Source: an uncultured Planctomycetales bacterium (GTDB taxonomy: Bacteria; Planctomycetota; Planctomycetia; Pirellulales; PNKZ01). Taken from it: a stretch of 64,000 bases of DNA. The notes under the pieces are model-generated. The model saw only the letters and a program-made list of their open reading frames with translations, was not told the origin of the DNA and searched no databases. The position numbers and the translations under genes were made by a program. Where the stretch lies: assembly GCA_963710365.1 (NCBI GenBank), contig CAVQAC010000018.1, forward strand, positions 281,774-345,773, read 5' to 3'. This document shows, one piece after another, positions 43,509-56,229 of this stretch (position 1 is the first letter of the stretch; every line of letters begins with the position of its first letter).

Positions 43509-44497
43509 CTAAACGCGAGACGAGGCCGGCAGCCGCATGCCCAGACGCAGACCCAACTCGGTCAGTTTCTCGCTGACCTCGTTGAGCGTCGTCTCGCCGA
43601 AGTTGCGGACTTCGAGCAACTGATCGGGCGTACGCGTGACCAGGTCGCGAACAGTGTGGATGTGTTCCGACTCAAGACAGTTCGTGGCTCGGACCGAGAG
43701 GTTCAGCTCGGCCAGATTCAGGTTCAGCTTGCTCTCGTGAAGCGAGTCGGATGCGGTGCCCGAGCCACGGCTCTCGGAGTGAATCTGCGAGCCCAGCTCG
43801 CTGTACTGGACAAACGGATTCAAGTGCTTGCGCAGAATCTTGGCCGCTTCGATCAGGGCCAGTTCAGGGCCGACCGAACCGTTGGTCCAGATCTCCATCG
43901 TCAGCTTGTCGTAGTTGGTCTTCTGACCGACGCGGGTCTCTTCGATCTCGTAGCGCACGCGCACCACGGGGCTGTAGACCGCGTCGATCGGGATGATGCC
44001 GATTTCCTGCACGTTGGGGCTGTGCTCGGTCGCCGGCACGTAGCCTCGGCCGTTCTCGACGACCATTTCCAATTCGAACGGCACGTCGGCCGTGAGCGTG
44101 GCCAGCACGTGGTTCTTGTTGATCACTTCGACCTGGTCGTCGGTCAGCACGTCGGCGCCGGTGATGACGCCCTTGGTCTTCTTCTCGATGCGGATGATGC
44201 GGGTGTTCTCGCTGTGGTTCTTCACCACCAGCGACTTGATGTTGAGAATGACGTCGGTCACGTCCTCCACCACGCCCGGCAGCGTCGTGAACTCGTGCTG
44301 GGCGCCATGCAGCTTGACCTGCGTGATCGCGCTGCCTTCGAGACTCGACAGCAACACGCGGCGCAAACTATTGCCGATCGTGACGCCGAAGCCACGTTCG
44401 AACGGTTCGGCCATGAACTTCCCATAGGTCGACGTCAGCGACTTATTTCGCACGTCACCAGACTGGGCAACTCCAGCCCACGCCATCGAATACGCAT
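43509..44497 (-). CDS. rpoA: RNA polymerase subunit alpha; indel near the 5' end
   Basis: [31 protein letters not shown] and RNFGET. Confidence 0.96.
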
Positions 44498-44703
44498 TAG
44501 TACCCTCCGCAAACTTCAGCGGCCGTGATGAACCACTCCGGCTCCCGGCGGAGCCCCGTGCCACGAATCTCAAACTTCGAGCCGGACAGTTTCCTCCTTG
44601 CAACTCGCCGCCGCGAACGGGTGCGTCCGAATCCTTGGACGCCGCGCCGGCCGACGTAATATCTTCCGAACCGACTGTCTTCGACCACGCCCAACCGGCT
44701 GTG

Positions 44704-45332
44704 CTACTTCGAGCAGAACTCGATGATCAATTGGGTTTGCACCGGAATCGAGACGTCGAACGCTTCGGGCAGACGCGCCACGCGTCCTTCGGGCAGCAGG
44801 CCCTCGGTCAGGGACAGGAAGTCCGGGACCTCGCGATGATTCTCGGCCATGTTGGCCTGCACGGCCGCAAGACTCTTCTTGCGGTTCTTGGCGCGGATCA
44901 CGTCGCCGGCTCGACCAGGTAGCTGGGGATATCGACCCGGCCGACCGTTGACCGTGATGTGGCCGTGCCACACGAGCTGCCGTGCCTGGGCCCGGCTTTG
45001 ACCGAAGCCCAGCCGATGCACGATGTTGTCCAGCCGCCGCTCCAGCAGGCTCATCAGCGTTTCGCCGGTGTTGCCCTTGGAACGCATGGCTTCGGCGAAG
45101 TAATTGCGGAACTGCCGCTCCAGCACGCCGTAGTAATGCTTGACCTTCTGCTTCTCGCGCAAATGCACGCCGTAATCGGTCAGCTTGCCGCGGCGATCCT
45201 GGTGCATGCCCGGCTGCGGTGTCGCGGCGCTCGACGGCGCACTTCGGCGTGTCGCAACGCGTGCCCTTGAGAAACAGCTTCATTCCCTCACGGCGGCAAA
45301 GCCGGCAGACGGGTCCAGTGAGTTCGAGCCAT
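44704..45332 (-). CDS. rpsD: 30S ribosomal protein S4; indels
   Basis: CRREG, LREKQK and LERRLDN...ARQLVWHGH. Confidence 0.95.
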
Positions 45333-45452
45333 ATTCCTGGTTTCTTCGAGTGTTTGTGCTTGCCAAAGCGTTCGAATTCGCTGCGGCTGACGGAACGAGG
45401 ATCCGTCTATGCGTGTCGAGGCAGGCGATCCACCTGCGACAATCGATGTCCG

Positions 45453-45833
45453 TTACACCCGGCGCTTCTTCGGCGGCCGGCAACCGTTGTGCGGCAGCGG
45501 CGTCACGTCTTCGATCGACTTGACGGACAGGCCGGCCGATTGCAAGGCGGTGATGGCGCTCTCGCGGCCGCTGCCCGGACCCTTGACCCGGACTTCGACC
45601 TCCTTGACGCCGAACTTCGAGGCCTTCTCGGCGCACTGCTGAGCGGCACACTGGCCGGCAAAGGGCGTGCTCTTGCGGCTTCCCTTGAAGCCGCTGGTGC
45701 CGGCGCTGGCCCAGCAGAGCGTATCGCCCTTGGTGTCGGTGATGGTGACCGTCGTGTTGTTGAAGGTGGCCTTGATATGCACGATGCCCAGCGTGACATT
45801 GCGGCGAACCTTGCGTCGTTTGCTCTTACCCAC
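45453..45833 (-). CDS. rpsK: 30S ribosomal protein S11
   Basis: ATFNNT, GSRKSTP and [13 protein letters not shown]. Confidence 0.97.
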   Translation of the reverse strand: MGKSKRRKVRRNVTLGIVHIKATFNNTTVTITDTKGDTLCWASAGTSGFKGSRKSTPFAGQCAAQQCAEKASKFGVKEVEVRVKGPGSGRESAITALQSAGLSVKSIEDVTPLPHNGCRPPKKRRV

Positions 45834-45961
45834 CGTCGTGGTGCTCCTCGCCTGGCGGCCCGTAAATCGCCGGGCCGGCAAAAAGTGTTGTTGTGAATCG
45901 ATTCGTTCGGTCGCATCCGCCTCAAGGCTCCGACTCGATCAACCGCAGTCGTTACAGCCCG

Positions 45962-46345
45962 TTACTTCAAGTCCTTGACGCCCTTCTTTCCGGCGACGGT
46001 CTTCTTCGGACCCTTGCGGGTGCGGGCGTTGGTGCGGGTGCGCTGGCCGCGAACCGGCAAGCCGCGGCGATGCCGGATGCCGCGATAGCAGTTGATGTCG
46101 CGGAGGCGCGAAATGTTCTGCGCCACCTGGCGCCGCAACTGACCCTCGACCACGTAGTCCTTGTCCATCAGCGCGGCCAAGCGAGCCAACTCGTCTTCGT
46201 GCAGGTCGCGGGCGCGGCCGTGCGGATCGATGCCCGCCTTGTGGCACAACTCCTGGGCGATGTGCTGGCCGACGCCGTACAAATACTGCAGCGAGATCAC
46301 CGTCTGGCGATCGTTCGGAATATCAACACCTAGCAAACGCGGCAT
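45962..46345 (-). CDS. rpsM: 30S ribosomal protein S13
   Basis: YRGIRHRRGLPVRGQRTRTNAR. Confidence 0.97.
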   Translation of the reverse strand: MPRLLGVDIPNDRQTVISLQYLYGVGQHIAQELCHKAGIDPHGRARDLHEDELARLAALMDKDYVVEGQLRRQVAQNISRLRDINCYRGIRHRRGLPVRGQRTRTNARTRKGPKKTVAGKKGVKDLK

Positions 46346-46637
46346 CTTCGAATTCTTTCCTGCTAATGCGGACAGGGCGGAAACCGGGGCGATCGACCGG
46401 CCCCACTAACTCATGAACTGGCCCCACAATTTAACTTACCATGGCGAAAATAGCCATGGGCACCGCCTAGCCACGCGGGTCATGCTCGGCGGCAGTCATT
46501 CCGCAGCCCAAACCCCAACCGGCAAGACCCCAACCGGACATTGCGCCGAACCGGCGCCGCTTCCGATCGAAAAGCCGTGCCAGGGTCGAAACTCCATGCG
46601 GGCCACAACTGATCCGGGAAGCTGTTTATCCGGGAAC

Positions 46638-46751
46638 TTATCCCTGACGCTGCTTATGGCGGGGATTGTTGCAAACCACGAACACGACGCCACGGCGCCG
46701 CACGAGCTTGCAGTTCTCACAAATTCGCTTTACGCTGGCCCGAACCTTCAT
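46638..46751 (-). CDS. rpmJ: 50S ribosomal protein L36 (Zn-binding form), below the ORF-track cutoff
   Basis: Manual translation [37 protein letters not shown]. Confidence 0.96.
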   Translation of the reverse strand: MKVRASVKRICENCKLVRRRGVVFVVCNNPRHKQRQG

Positions 46752-46799
46752 GGCGACCAACTCTCATCCTAGTAACGCTTCGTAGTTCGAAAGCGCGTT

Positions 46800-46829
46800 A
46801 GTATAAAGGCGGGCCAGGGTTTAGTTCAA
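46800..46829 (-). promoter_or_regulatory. Putative sigma-70 promoter for rpmJ and the alpha genes
   Basis: TTGAAC-N18-TATACT on the minus strand; the -35 lies in the loop of GGGCCAGGG/CCCTGGCCC (46811-46840). Confidence 0.5.
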
Positions 46830-46855
46830 GCCCCTGGCCCAGGAAATCTTCACAG

Positions 46856-47673
46856 CTAGCTGTCCGTGGCGTTTTCTTCGTCATTCTCCGCCAATTTTGC
46901 CTCGTGCGGCCCCGACGTCAGGGCCACCGGCCCGTCTTTGGTCATGGCAATCGTATGCTCAAAATGGGCACTCGGCTTGCCATCGCCCGTCGCCTGGGTC
47001 CAGTGGTCCGGCATGGCCTTGACTCGCTTCGTGCCCATGTTGACCATCGGTTCGACCGCAATCACCAGGCCCGGCCGCAGCTCGAAATCGCCATTGCGCC
47101 GCAATTGGTTGCTGACGAAATTCGGCACCTGCGGATCCTCGTGCATCTCGCGGCCGATGCCGTGGCCGACGAAGCTCTCCACGACGAAAAAACCGGCATC
47201 CTTGACGCAGGCTTCCATTTCGCGGGCCACTTCGCTCCACCAGCGTCGGACCGCCATCTGCTCAATGGCCAGGCTCAGAGTGCGACGAGTAACGTCCAAT
47301 AACCGCTGCACTTCGGGATCGACCTTCCCCACCGGGTGCGTGTAGGCCGAGTCGCCGCACCAGCCGTTCAGCCGGCAGCCGGTGTCGACGCTGACCACGT
47401 CTCCCTCGACGAGCTTCCGCGGGCCGGGAATGCCGTGGACGACTTCCTCGTTGACCGAAATACAGGTCACGGCCGGGAACGGAGTCTTGCCGGGGACGCC
47501 CTTGAACAACGGAATCGCATTGTGCTGGACAAAGAAGGCTTCGATGGCCGCGTCGATTTCGCCCGTCGTGACGCCCGGCTTGATCATCGCCGACGCAACC
47601 TGGTGCGCACCCCAGACGACTAGGCCAGCCTGCGCATCAAACCAATTTCACGGGGCGAGCGGAGGGTCAACAA
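46856..47673 (-). CDS. map: Methionine aminopeptidase type I; indel near the 5' end
   Basis: [24 protein letters not shown] and SAHFEHT. Confidence 0.93.
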
Positions 47674-47738
47674 GCGACTTCAACCTTCACGAGCAAAAAC
47701 TTGAACCAGCGAACTCACGGCTATCGGCAAACACTTTC

Positions 47739-47815
47739 GTAGATCAGGCGCTCCGTGCCTGACGCGTCGCACGGTACCGGCAACGCGGAAGCCAGGCACG
47801 GAGTGCCTGACCTAC
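47739..47815. repeat. Inverted doublet of GTAG-type REP-like palindromes
   Basis: GTAGATCAGGCGCTCCGTGCCTGAC (47739-47763) versus the reverse complement of 47791-47815 (GTAGGTCAGGCACTCCGTGCCTGGC): 22/25 identical. Confidence 0.75.
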
Positions 47816-47854
47816 ACCCTGCGTCCATTTTGCCCGACCCTTGCAGCCGAACGC

Positions 47855-49218
<1,364 letters not shown>

Positions 49219-49380
49219 AGCTCGATCCGTCCTTTATGCTCGAGGGATCCCGCTGGTGCGCTGCCCTGCTCCGCCGGGCGCACAGAGCGTTGCGGAACGA
49301 TTCGTGATCCGTCCCAGTTCGCACCGTCCGCGTGCCGTATTGGGCTAGTCCGCGTGCCGCGTTGGGCCGAGGTGCCGATA

Positions 49381-49869
49381 CTACCCCTTTCGCTTCATCT
49401 TATTCTTGACCACCGGAGCCGGTCCTGGCAACACCACGGCTTCGGCGCCCGCCTTCTCGATCTTGGCCAGCGCGGTGGCGCTGAACCGATGGGCCGAGAT
49501 CTTCAGCTTCTTGGTCAGCTCGCCGCCGGCCAGGATTTTCAGCACGTCGTACCGGCCCTTGGCCAGGTTGTGCATGCGAAGGCTCTCGGGCGTGACCTCT
49601 TCGCCGGCATTGAAGACGGCGTCGATCTGGCTGAGGTTGACGCTCGTCACCACGGCGGCCCATCGGTTGTTGAAACCGCGTTTGGGAATGCGGCGCGAAA
49701 GCGGCATCTGGCCGCCTTCGAACGCCGGCTGCGAACTCCAGCCGGCCAGCTGGCCCTGACCCTTGTGGCCACGACCGCTGGTCTTGCCCCAGCCCGAACC
49801 GGGCCCGCGACCTACGCGGCGGCGCTTCTTGTGCTTCTTGATGCCACGATGAATGTCGTGCAAATTCAT
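49381..49869 (-). CDS. rplO: 50S ribosomal protein L15
   Basis: [21 protein letters not shown] and FEGGQMP. Confidence 0.96.
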   Translation of the reverse strand: MNLHDIHRGIKKHKKRRRVGRGPGSGWGKTSGRGHKGQGQLAGWSSQPAFEGGQMPLSRRIPKRGFNNRWAAVVTSVNLSQIDAVFNAGEEVTPESLRMHNLAKGRYDVLKILAGGELTKKLKISAHRFSATALAKIEKAGAEAVVLPGPAPVVKNKMKRKG

Positions 49870-50364
49870 GTCAGGGTAACTCCGCGGAGCCGCTCGACGT
49901 CGGTAAGCGTGCGCAGGCTTTGCAAGGCCTCGATGGTCGCTTTGACCAGGTTGGCCGGGTTGGTCGAGCCGAAGCTCTTGGTAAGAATATCGTGAATGCC
50001 GGCCGCTTCGCAAACCGCCCGCACGCAGGCGCCGGCCTTGACGCCGGTGCCGGGCAGGGCCGGAATGAGAATCACGTGGGCTGAGCCGAACCGACCTTCG
50101 ATCACATGCGGGATGGTGCGGCCCGAGAGCGGAATCTCTTGCATGTTGCGCGTGCCGTCTTTGACGGCCTTTTCAACGCTGGGAGGCACTTCGTTCGCCT
50201 TGCCGTAGCCCCAGCCGACCTTGCCCTTGCCGTTGCCGACGACCACCATGGCCGTAAAGCTGAAGCGGCGACCGCCTTTGACCACGGCGGCACAGCGCCG
50301 AATCTTCACGACCTTGTCGATCAGATCGCCCGATTGGAACCGCCTGATTGGAACCGCTGGACAC
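49866..50364 (-). CDS. rpsE: 30S ribosomal protein S5; indel near the 5' end
   Basis: [10 protein letters not shown] and GKANEVP. Confidence 0.95.
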
Positions 50365-50458
50365 GGGGATTACTCCGAAAGTGCACGATTCTAAAATGCC
50401 ACGCGACGCAGGCCGCTCAACCAGCCGCTGGTCACCTGGCCGTTCAGTGTTTCTCTAG

Positions 50459-50831
50459 CTAAAAGTTCAGTCCGGCTTCGCGGGCGGCATCGGCCAATGC
50501 CGCGACCCGGCCGTGGTATTGGTAGTCGCGACGATCAAAGGCCACATCCTTGACGCCGGCCGCCAACGCTCGCTCGGCAATCGCCTTGCCGACAGCCTGC
50601 GCGGCCGTCTTGTTGCCGCCGTACTTCAGCTCGCTCGGACACGTTCCTTGTCGGCCGTGCTGGCCGCGCACAGCGTGCGGCCATGCGCGTCGTCGACTAA
50701 TTGGGCGTAGACGTGCTTGTGGCTGCGGAACACGGCCAGCCGCGGGCGCGTCGAATCGCGCCTTGATGCGATTGCGCACGCGCAAGCGACGGCGTTGACG
50801 TTGCATGGCGAATGGTCTTTTCGTGATTCAT
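50459..50831 (-). CDS. rplR: 50S ribosomal protein L18; indels
   Basis: [24 protein letters not shown]. Confidence 0.93.
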
Positions 50832-50904
50832 GGGAAATCTGCTCGAATTGCTGATTACTCTGGGACTCAAATGCTGAACTCGTCGAGCCTCACATCGGTT
50901 ACCA

Positions 50905-51450
50905 TTACTTCGTCATGGCCTTGCCGGCCTTGCGGCGCACGACTTCACCGTCGTAGCGAATGCCTTTGCCTTTGTACGGCTCGGGCTTGCGCACGGACCG
51001 CACTTCGGCGGCAAACTGACCGACCAGTTGCTTGTCGATGCCCTTGATGACGACGTGCGTCTGATCGGGGCAGGTGACGTTGAGGCCCGCCGGGATCGGC
51101 TTTTGCATTTCGTTGGCAAAGCCGACGCGAAGCTGCAAGACGTCCTTCCAGGATCGCGGCCAGGTAGCCGACGCCGACGATCTCCAGCTTCTTCTCGTAG
51201 CCTTCGGTGACGCCCTTCATCATGTTCTGCACCAGGGCCCGGCTCAGCCCGTGCAAGGCACGGGCCGGACGGGTCTCGGTCGCGCGCCGACCTGCACCAG
51301 GCCGCCGCCGTGTCGACATTCATCTTGATCTCGGGGCGGAAGACGATACTCGAGCTTGCCGAGCTTGCCTTCGACAGCGAGCTTGTTGCCGGTGACCGAA
51401 GCCTTCACACCGCTGGGAATCTTGACCGGTTTCTTGCCGATACGAGACAT
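50905..51450 (-). CDS. rplF: 50S ribosomal protein L6; indels
   Basis: MSRIGKKPV and [11 protein letters not shown]. Confidence 0.95.
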
Positions 51451-51545
51451 CGCATTGCCTTCAATTTTGCAGGTGACACACCGCTTGAGCGGCGCGCGTG
51501 CATTGAGTTAGCCAATCGGGTTTACGCTGCTTGAATCTGCTCAGT

Positions 51546-51942
51546 TTACCACAACTCGCAGAGCACTTCGCCGCCCAGGTGGCGCTGGCGTGCTTCACGA
51601 TCGCTGATCACGCCGCGGCTGGTGCTGAGAATCTTGATTCCCAGCCCATTGAGCACAGGCCGCAACTGATCGGCCCGGCTGTAAATCCGGCGTCCCGGCT
51701 TGCTCACCCGCTTGATATGGCGGATGACGCGTTCGCCGTTGGGGCCGTATTTCAAGTGACAGCCGCAATTGCTTGGCGGGTTCGTCTTCAACCTCTTCGA
51801 AGTCCCAGATGAAGCCCTCACGCTTGAGGACTTCAGCCAGGCCTTTTTTGACCTTCGACAGAGGCATTTCGACGATAGGCCGCTCGACGCGCACGGCATT
51901 GCGGATGCGCGTGAGCATGTCGGCGATGGGGTCGGTCATCAT
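51546..51942 (-). CDS. rpsH: 30S ribosomal protein S8; indel
   Basis: [19 protein letters not shown] and STSRG. Confidence 0.95.
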
Positions 51943-51960
51943 CGTGCTTTTGCTTCCCTT

Positions 51961-52146
51961 TTACCAACTGGCCTTTTTGAGTCCAGGAATCAAGCCTTGG
52001 TCGCCCAGTTCACGGATGTGAATCCGGCACAGGCCGAACTTGCGATACACGCCGCGGGGCCGGCCGCACAATTTGCACCGCGACTCGCGGCGCGAGGAAA
52101 ACTTCGGCTTGCGAAGTGCCTTGGCAATCTTCGATTTACTAGCCAT
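51961..52146 (-). CDS. rpsN: 30S ribosomal protein S14, short Zn-binding type
   Basis: 61 aa; RCKLCGRPR...LCRIH and PGLKKASW. Confidence 0.95.
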   Translation of the reverse strand: MASKSKIAKALRKPKFSSRRESRCKLCGRPRGVYRKFGLCRIHIRELGDQGLIPGLKKASW

Positions 52147-52176
52147 GCATTGAGTCCAAAAATACGAAATGAAATC

Positions 52177-52814
52177 CTAAGCCGCACCGGCATGCCGGCG
52201 GTTTCCGTCTTGAACGGCAGCCCGAACCGCTTCAGCAGCTCGCGCGATTCGTCGTTGTTGTTCGTCGAAATCACCAGCGAGATGTTCATGCCTTGCGGAC
52301 GGGTGTACTTGTCCGGGTTCAACTCCGGAAACACCAACTGTTCCGACAAGCCCAGGCTGTAGTTGCCGTGGCCGTCGAACGCATTGGGGTTCAGCCCGCG
52401 AAAGTCACGCACCCGCGGCAACGCCAGCGAGATCAACCGATCGAGGAACTCGTACATCCGTGTTCCCCGCAACGTCACCTTGCAGCCGATCTCCTGCCCC
52501 TCGCGGAGGCGGAAGTTGGCGATCGCCTTGCGGCTGCGGGTAATCGGCGGCCTTCTGACCTGAGATCTGCGTCAAAGCGCTGACCGCATCTTCCATGTGC
52601 TTCTTCTCGCTGATCGCGGAGCCGACGCCCATGTTGATGACGATCTTTTCCAGCCGCGGCAGCGACAACCGGTTGCTGCGGCCCAGCGCCTCGGCCAGGC
52701 TCGGCAGAATTTCCTTCTCGTAGCGTTCTTGCAGCGCGGAGTCTTCGGCGCCACGACTTTCTCGTGGGCTCCCGGCTTCGCTTCCTTGGCTTCTTCTGGT
52801 TTTTTCTTGGCCAT
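52177..52814 (-). CDS. rplE: 50S ribosomal protein L5 with N-terminal extension; indels
   Basis: [16 protein letters not shown] and PRVRDFRG. End inferred from a TAG in the shifted frame. Confidence 0.92.
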
Positions 52815-52854
52815 GATCGTACTACTTTCCCGTCTTTGCTACTTTCCAGCCTTT

Positions 52855-53190
52855 TCAGATTGCCTGCGGCGGCGCGATACGGCCAATGCCCGCACTGCAC
52901 TTCTTGCAGTAGCGTTCCTTGCTGCCGTCGGCATTGATCCGTGCTCCGGTGCGGCTCGCCTTGCTGCAAGAGCCGCAAACCAGCAACACGTTCGAGATCT
53001 GGATCGGCATCTCTTTGGACAAGCGTCCGCCTTGCGGATTCCGCTGGCTGCGCTGCATGTGCTTGAACACGCGGTTCATGCCTTCGACCACGAGCTTGCC
53101 GGCGGCCCGGTCGACCTTCAGGACCTTGCCGCGAGAGCCCGAGTCGTTGCCCGCAATCACTTCTACCGTATCACCCACTCGAATATGCAT
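52855..53190 (-). CDS. rplX: 50S ribosomal protein L24
   Basis: KOW motif GDTVEVIAG; PIQISNV. Confidence 0.95.
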   Translation of the reverse strand: MHIRVGDTVEVIAGNDSGSRGKVLKVDRAAGKLVVEGMNRVFKHMQRSQRNPQGGRLSKEMPIQISNVLLVCGSCSKASRTGARINADGSKERYCKKCSAGIGRIAPPQAI

Positions 53191-53191
53191 T

Positions 53192-53560
53192 TCACACCAC
53201 CTCGGCAGCGAGGCTGACGATTTTCATGAAGTTCTTGTCACGTAATTCGCGGGCCACGGCTCCGAAGATACGCGTGCCGCGAGGATTCTTCTCGTTATCG
53301 ATCAGCACCATGGCGTTGGTGTCGAAGCGGACGTAGCTGCCGTCCGGCCGACGCGTCGGAGCCTTGCAGCGAACGATGACCCCCTTGACCACGGAGCCCT
53401 TTTTGATTTCGCTGCCGGCGATCACGCTCTTCACGCTGCAGACGATGATGTCGCCCAGCCCGGCCGTACGCCGACGCGATCCGCCCAGCACCTTGATGCA
53501 CATGACTTCTTTGGCGCCGGTGTTGTCGGCAACGTTGAGTCGGGTCTGCATCTGAATCAT
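53192..53560 (-). CDS. rplN: 50S ribosomal protein L14
   Basis: VADNTGAK and [12 protein letters not shown]. Confidence 0.97.
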   Translation of the reverse strand: MIQMQTRLNVADNTGAKEVMCIKVLGGSRRRTAGLGDIIVCSVKSVIAGSEIKKGSVVKGVIVRCKAPTRRPDGSYVRFDTNAMVLIDNEKNPRGTRIFGAVARELRDKNFMKIVSLAAEVV

Positions 53561-53658
53561 GGTTTGTCGACTTTCCTATTCGCTTCGCATCCAACTGTTG
53601 TTCGTTCGCTGACCGCTCGCGGCAGGCGACTGAAACGGATGGTGTTAGTTCTAAGGCG

Positions 53659-54006
53659 TTAGTTCTCGGTCGCTGCTGGTTTCTCGTGCTTCTCGCCGCG
53701 GCGCTCGACCTGCTCGTCGCCCACCAAACGGTCGGCGGCCCGCATGGCCGCGATGTCGACCAACTGGCTCTTGCTCAGGATCCGCAGCAACTGCCAACGC
53801 TTGAGCTTCGATTTCGGCGGGCATTCCACGATCTCGACCGTGTCGCCGACGTGCGATTCTTCCTGCTCGTCGTGGACGTGGCAGACCGTCTTGCGACGCA
53901 TGTACTTGCCGTACTTGGGGTGCTTGACGAGCCGAGGGATCTCGACGCGGCGGCTCTGCTTCATCTTGTCGCTGGTGACAATGCCAATGGCTACTCGCTT
54001 GGGCAT
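53659..54006 (-). CDS. rpsQ: 30S ribosomal protein S17 with C-terminal extension
   Basis: SDKM, HPKYGK and SKLKRW. Confidence 0.95.
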   Translation of the reverse strand: MPKRVAIGIVTSDKMKQSRRVEIPRLVKHPKYGKYMRRKTVCHVHDEQEESHVGDTVEIVECPPKSKLKRWQLLRILSKSQLVDIAAMRAADRLVGDEQVERRGEKHEKPAATEN

Positions 54007-54212
54007 CAGTTGGCTTCCTTCGGTCGGGCACGCTGGCTCTGGATGGTCTTCAACCGGGCGATCAACCGCCGGTGTTTCTTCAATTCACTGGGAGCTTCGA
54101 GCCGCTCGGTCTGGCTCTTGAGCCGCAGACGAAACAGGGTCTCGGCCGCCTCTTTCAAGGTCAGGTCGATCTGCTCGCTGCTCATTTCACGTAGTTCGCT
54201 GGCCTTGGTCAT
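54006..54212 (-). CDS. rpmC: 50S ribosomal protein L29
   Basis: KASELRE...RRLIARLKT. Confidence 0.93.
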   Translation of the reverse strand: MTKASELREMSSEQIDLTLKEAAETLFRLRLKSQTERLEAPSELKKHRRLIARLKTIQSQRARPKEAN

Positions 54213-54233
54213 AATGTCTGCTTACCAATTCCT

Positions 54234-54650
54234 CTAACCCGCTCGCCGGCGGACGAACCGCACGCGGACAGGCATCTTGTGCGCGAGACGACGGAAACAA
54301 ATCCGCGCCGCCTCCTCAGTCACGCCACCAATCTCAAACAACACCGTGCCGGGCTTGACGACGGCGGCCCAATATTCGGGCTCGCCCTTGCCCTTGCCCA
54401 TGCGCGTTTCCAGCGGAATCGAACTGATCGATTTGTGCGGGAACACGCGAATGTACAACCGGCCCTCGGTCCGCAAGTACTGCTGAGCGCTGATGCGCCC
54501 GGCTTCCAGCGTCTGGGCACTAATCCAGCCGCCTTGCGTGGCTTGCAAACCGTACTCGCCGAACACCACTCGGTGGCCGCGGGTAGCGTTACCTCTTATA
54601 CGTCCTCTTTGGCTTTTTCGGTGCTTCACTCGCTTGGGCATCAGCGCCAT
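54234..54650 (-). CDS. rplP: 50S ribosomal protein L16
   Basis: PKRVKHRK and RMGKGKG. Confidence 0.96.
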   Translation of the reverse strand: MALMPKRVKHRKSQRGRIRGNATRGHRVVFGEYGLQATQGGWISAQTLEAGRISAQQYLRTEGRLYIRVFPHKSISSIPLETRMGKGKGEPEYWAAVVKPGTVLFEIGGVTEEAARICFRRLAHKMPVRVRFVRRRAG

Positions 54651-55288
54651 CGTCTTCACCCTCGTGATACATACCTTGATTGATCCACACCTGGACGCCG
54701 ATGTGACCTTGAGCGGTCATGGCTTCGGTAAAGCCGTAATCGATCTTGGCTCGCAATGTCGACAGCGGGATGGACCCGGCGTTGGACTTTTCGCGGCGGG
54801 CCATTTCCGACCCTGCCAGGCGGCCTGCCAATTGGATCTTGATCCCCTTGGCTCCGGCGTCCATCGTCTGTTCCATGGCCCGCTTCATGGTGCGGCGGAA
54901 GCTGGCTCGTTTCGCTAGTTGTTCGGCGATGTCCTCGGCCACCAATTGGGCCTGGATCTCCGGACGGTTGATTTCTTCGATCTTGATGTTGATCCGCCGG
55001 CCGACCAGGTCTTGCAACTCGGTCTGCAGACCGTTCGACCTCTTGACCCTTGCGGCCGATGATGATGCCGGGCCGGGCCGTGTGCAGGATGACCTTGACT
55101 TCATCCCGCGTTCGCTCGATCTCCACTTTCGGGATGCCGGCGAACTTGTACTTCTCCTTGATAAACTTGCGAAGCTTGAAGTCCTCGAGCAGCAGCTCGC
55201 TGAACTCCTTCTTCGAAGCGTACCAGCGGCTCTTCCAGCCGATCATGATGCCGGTGCGAAAGCCAATCGGATTGACTTTTTGACCCAT
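54589..55288 (-). CDS. rpsC: 30S ribosomal protein S3; indel near 55035
   Basis: [29 protein letters not shown] and PLSTLRA. Confidence 0.94.
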
Positions 55289-55360
55289 AACGTAATTTCT
55301 CTCGGCGAACTATTCGGTTTCGCTGCGATGGAGTTGCAGCCTGCTGTATTCAATTACCAA

Positions 55361-55723
55361 CTATTCGGTCGGCACGCCTTCCAGGATCGCATGGATGCTG
55401 TCGACCGCCACGTGGATGTGGCTCATTCGCTTCTTGATCAAAAATGCCATGCCGCGGGCCCGCGGGACGGACACGCTTGAACATCGGCCCCTCGTCGACG
55501 CGGGCATCGGTCACCACCAGGTTCTGCAGTCGCGAACCCGGCGATCTTCGGCATTTCCCATGGCGCTCTTCAACACCTTTTCCAACAGCCGGGCACCACG
55601 CTGCGGCATGTAGCGTAGGATGTCCAGCGCTTCGTCCGCATGCTTGCCGCGGATCAGGTCCGCCAGCGGGCGCACCTTGCGGGCGCTGATGCGGGCGAAT
55701 CGATGCACCGCTTGGTATGCCAT
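55361..55723 (-). CDS. rplV: 50S ribosomal protein L22; indels
   Basis: [19 protein letters not shown] and SHIHV. Confidence 0.93.
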
Positions 55724-55868
55724 GACTTTTCTTCCTTCGTGCTCGCGGCCACTGCTGTTTGACGGCCTGCTTCGAACCGACTCGTTATTCCGAAACTCGA
55801 TTGCTTAGCAGCGTGGTTGTTTAGTTACTTCGTCCTGCCGTTACTGCATTCAATCGCCTACCGGGCGA

Positions 55869-56162
55869 TTACTTGCCCGGCGGACCGGACGTTTCCTTCT
55901 TGGCCTTGCCGCCGTGGCCGCGGAAAGTCCGCGTCGGAGCAAACTCGCCCAGCTTGTGCCCCACCATGTCTTCGGTCACGAACACTTTCAGGTGCAGCTT
56001 GCCGTTATGAACCATGAAGGTGTGTCCGACGAACTCAGGCACGATCGTGCAGGCGCGAGCCCAGGTCTTGATCGGGGCCTTCTGGCCCTGATTATTCAGC
56101 CGTTCCACCTTCAAGTACAACTTGGGGTTTACGAACGGCCCTTTTTTGAGTGATCTTCCCAT
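55869..56162 (-). CDS. rpsS: 30S ribosomal protein S19
   Basis: RSLKKGPF and [13 protein letters not shown]. Confidence 0.97.
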   Translation of the reverse strand: MGRSLKKGPFVNPKLYLKVERLNNQGQKAPIKTWARACTIVPEFVGHTFMVHNGKLHLKVFVTEDMVGHKLGEFAPTRTFRGHGGKAKKETSGPPGK

Positions 56163-56229
56163 GAGCGACTGGCTACCTGTCGGCAGAGCAAAACTTGGTG
56201 GTATTGTTACCTTAAACGTACGACTTGAC

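Noticed and set aside
43470-44528. Long plus-strand ORFs opposite rpoA and other genes (also 4637..5395 and 22339..23283 on the minus strand)
   Set aside because: Antisense shadow frames expected from high-GC codon bias; no motifs.
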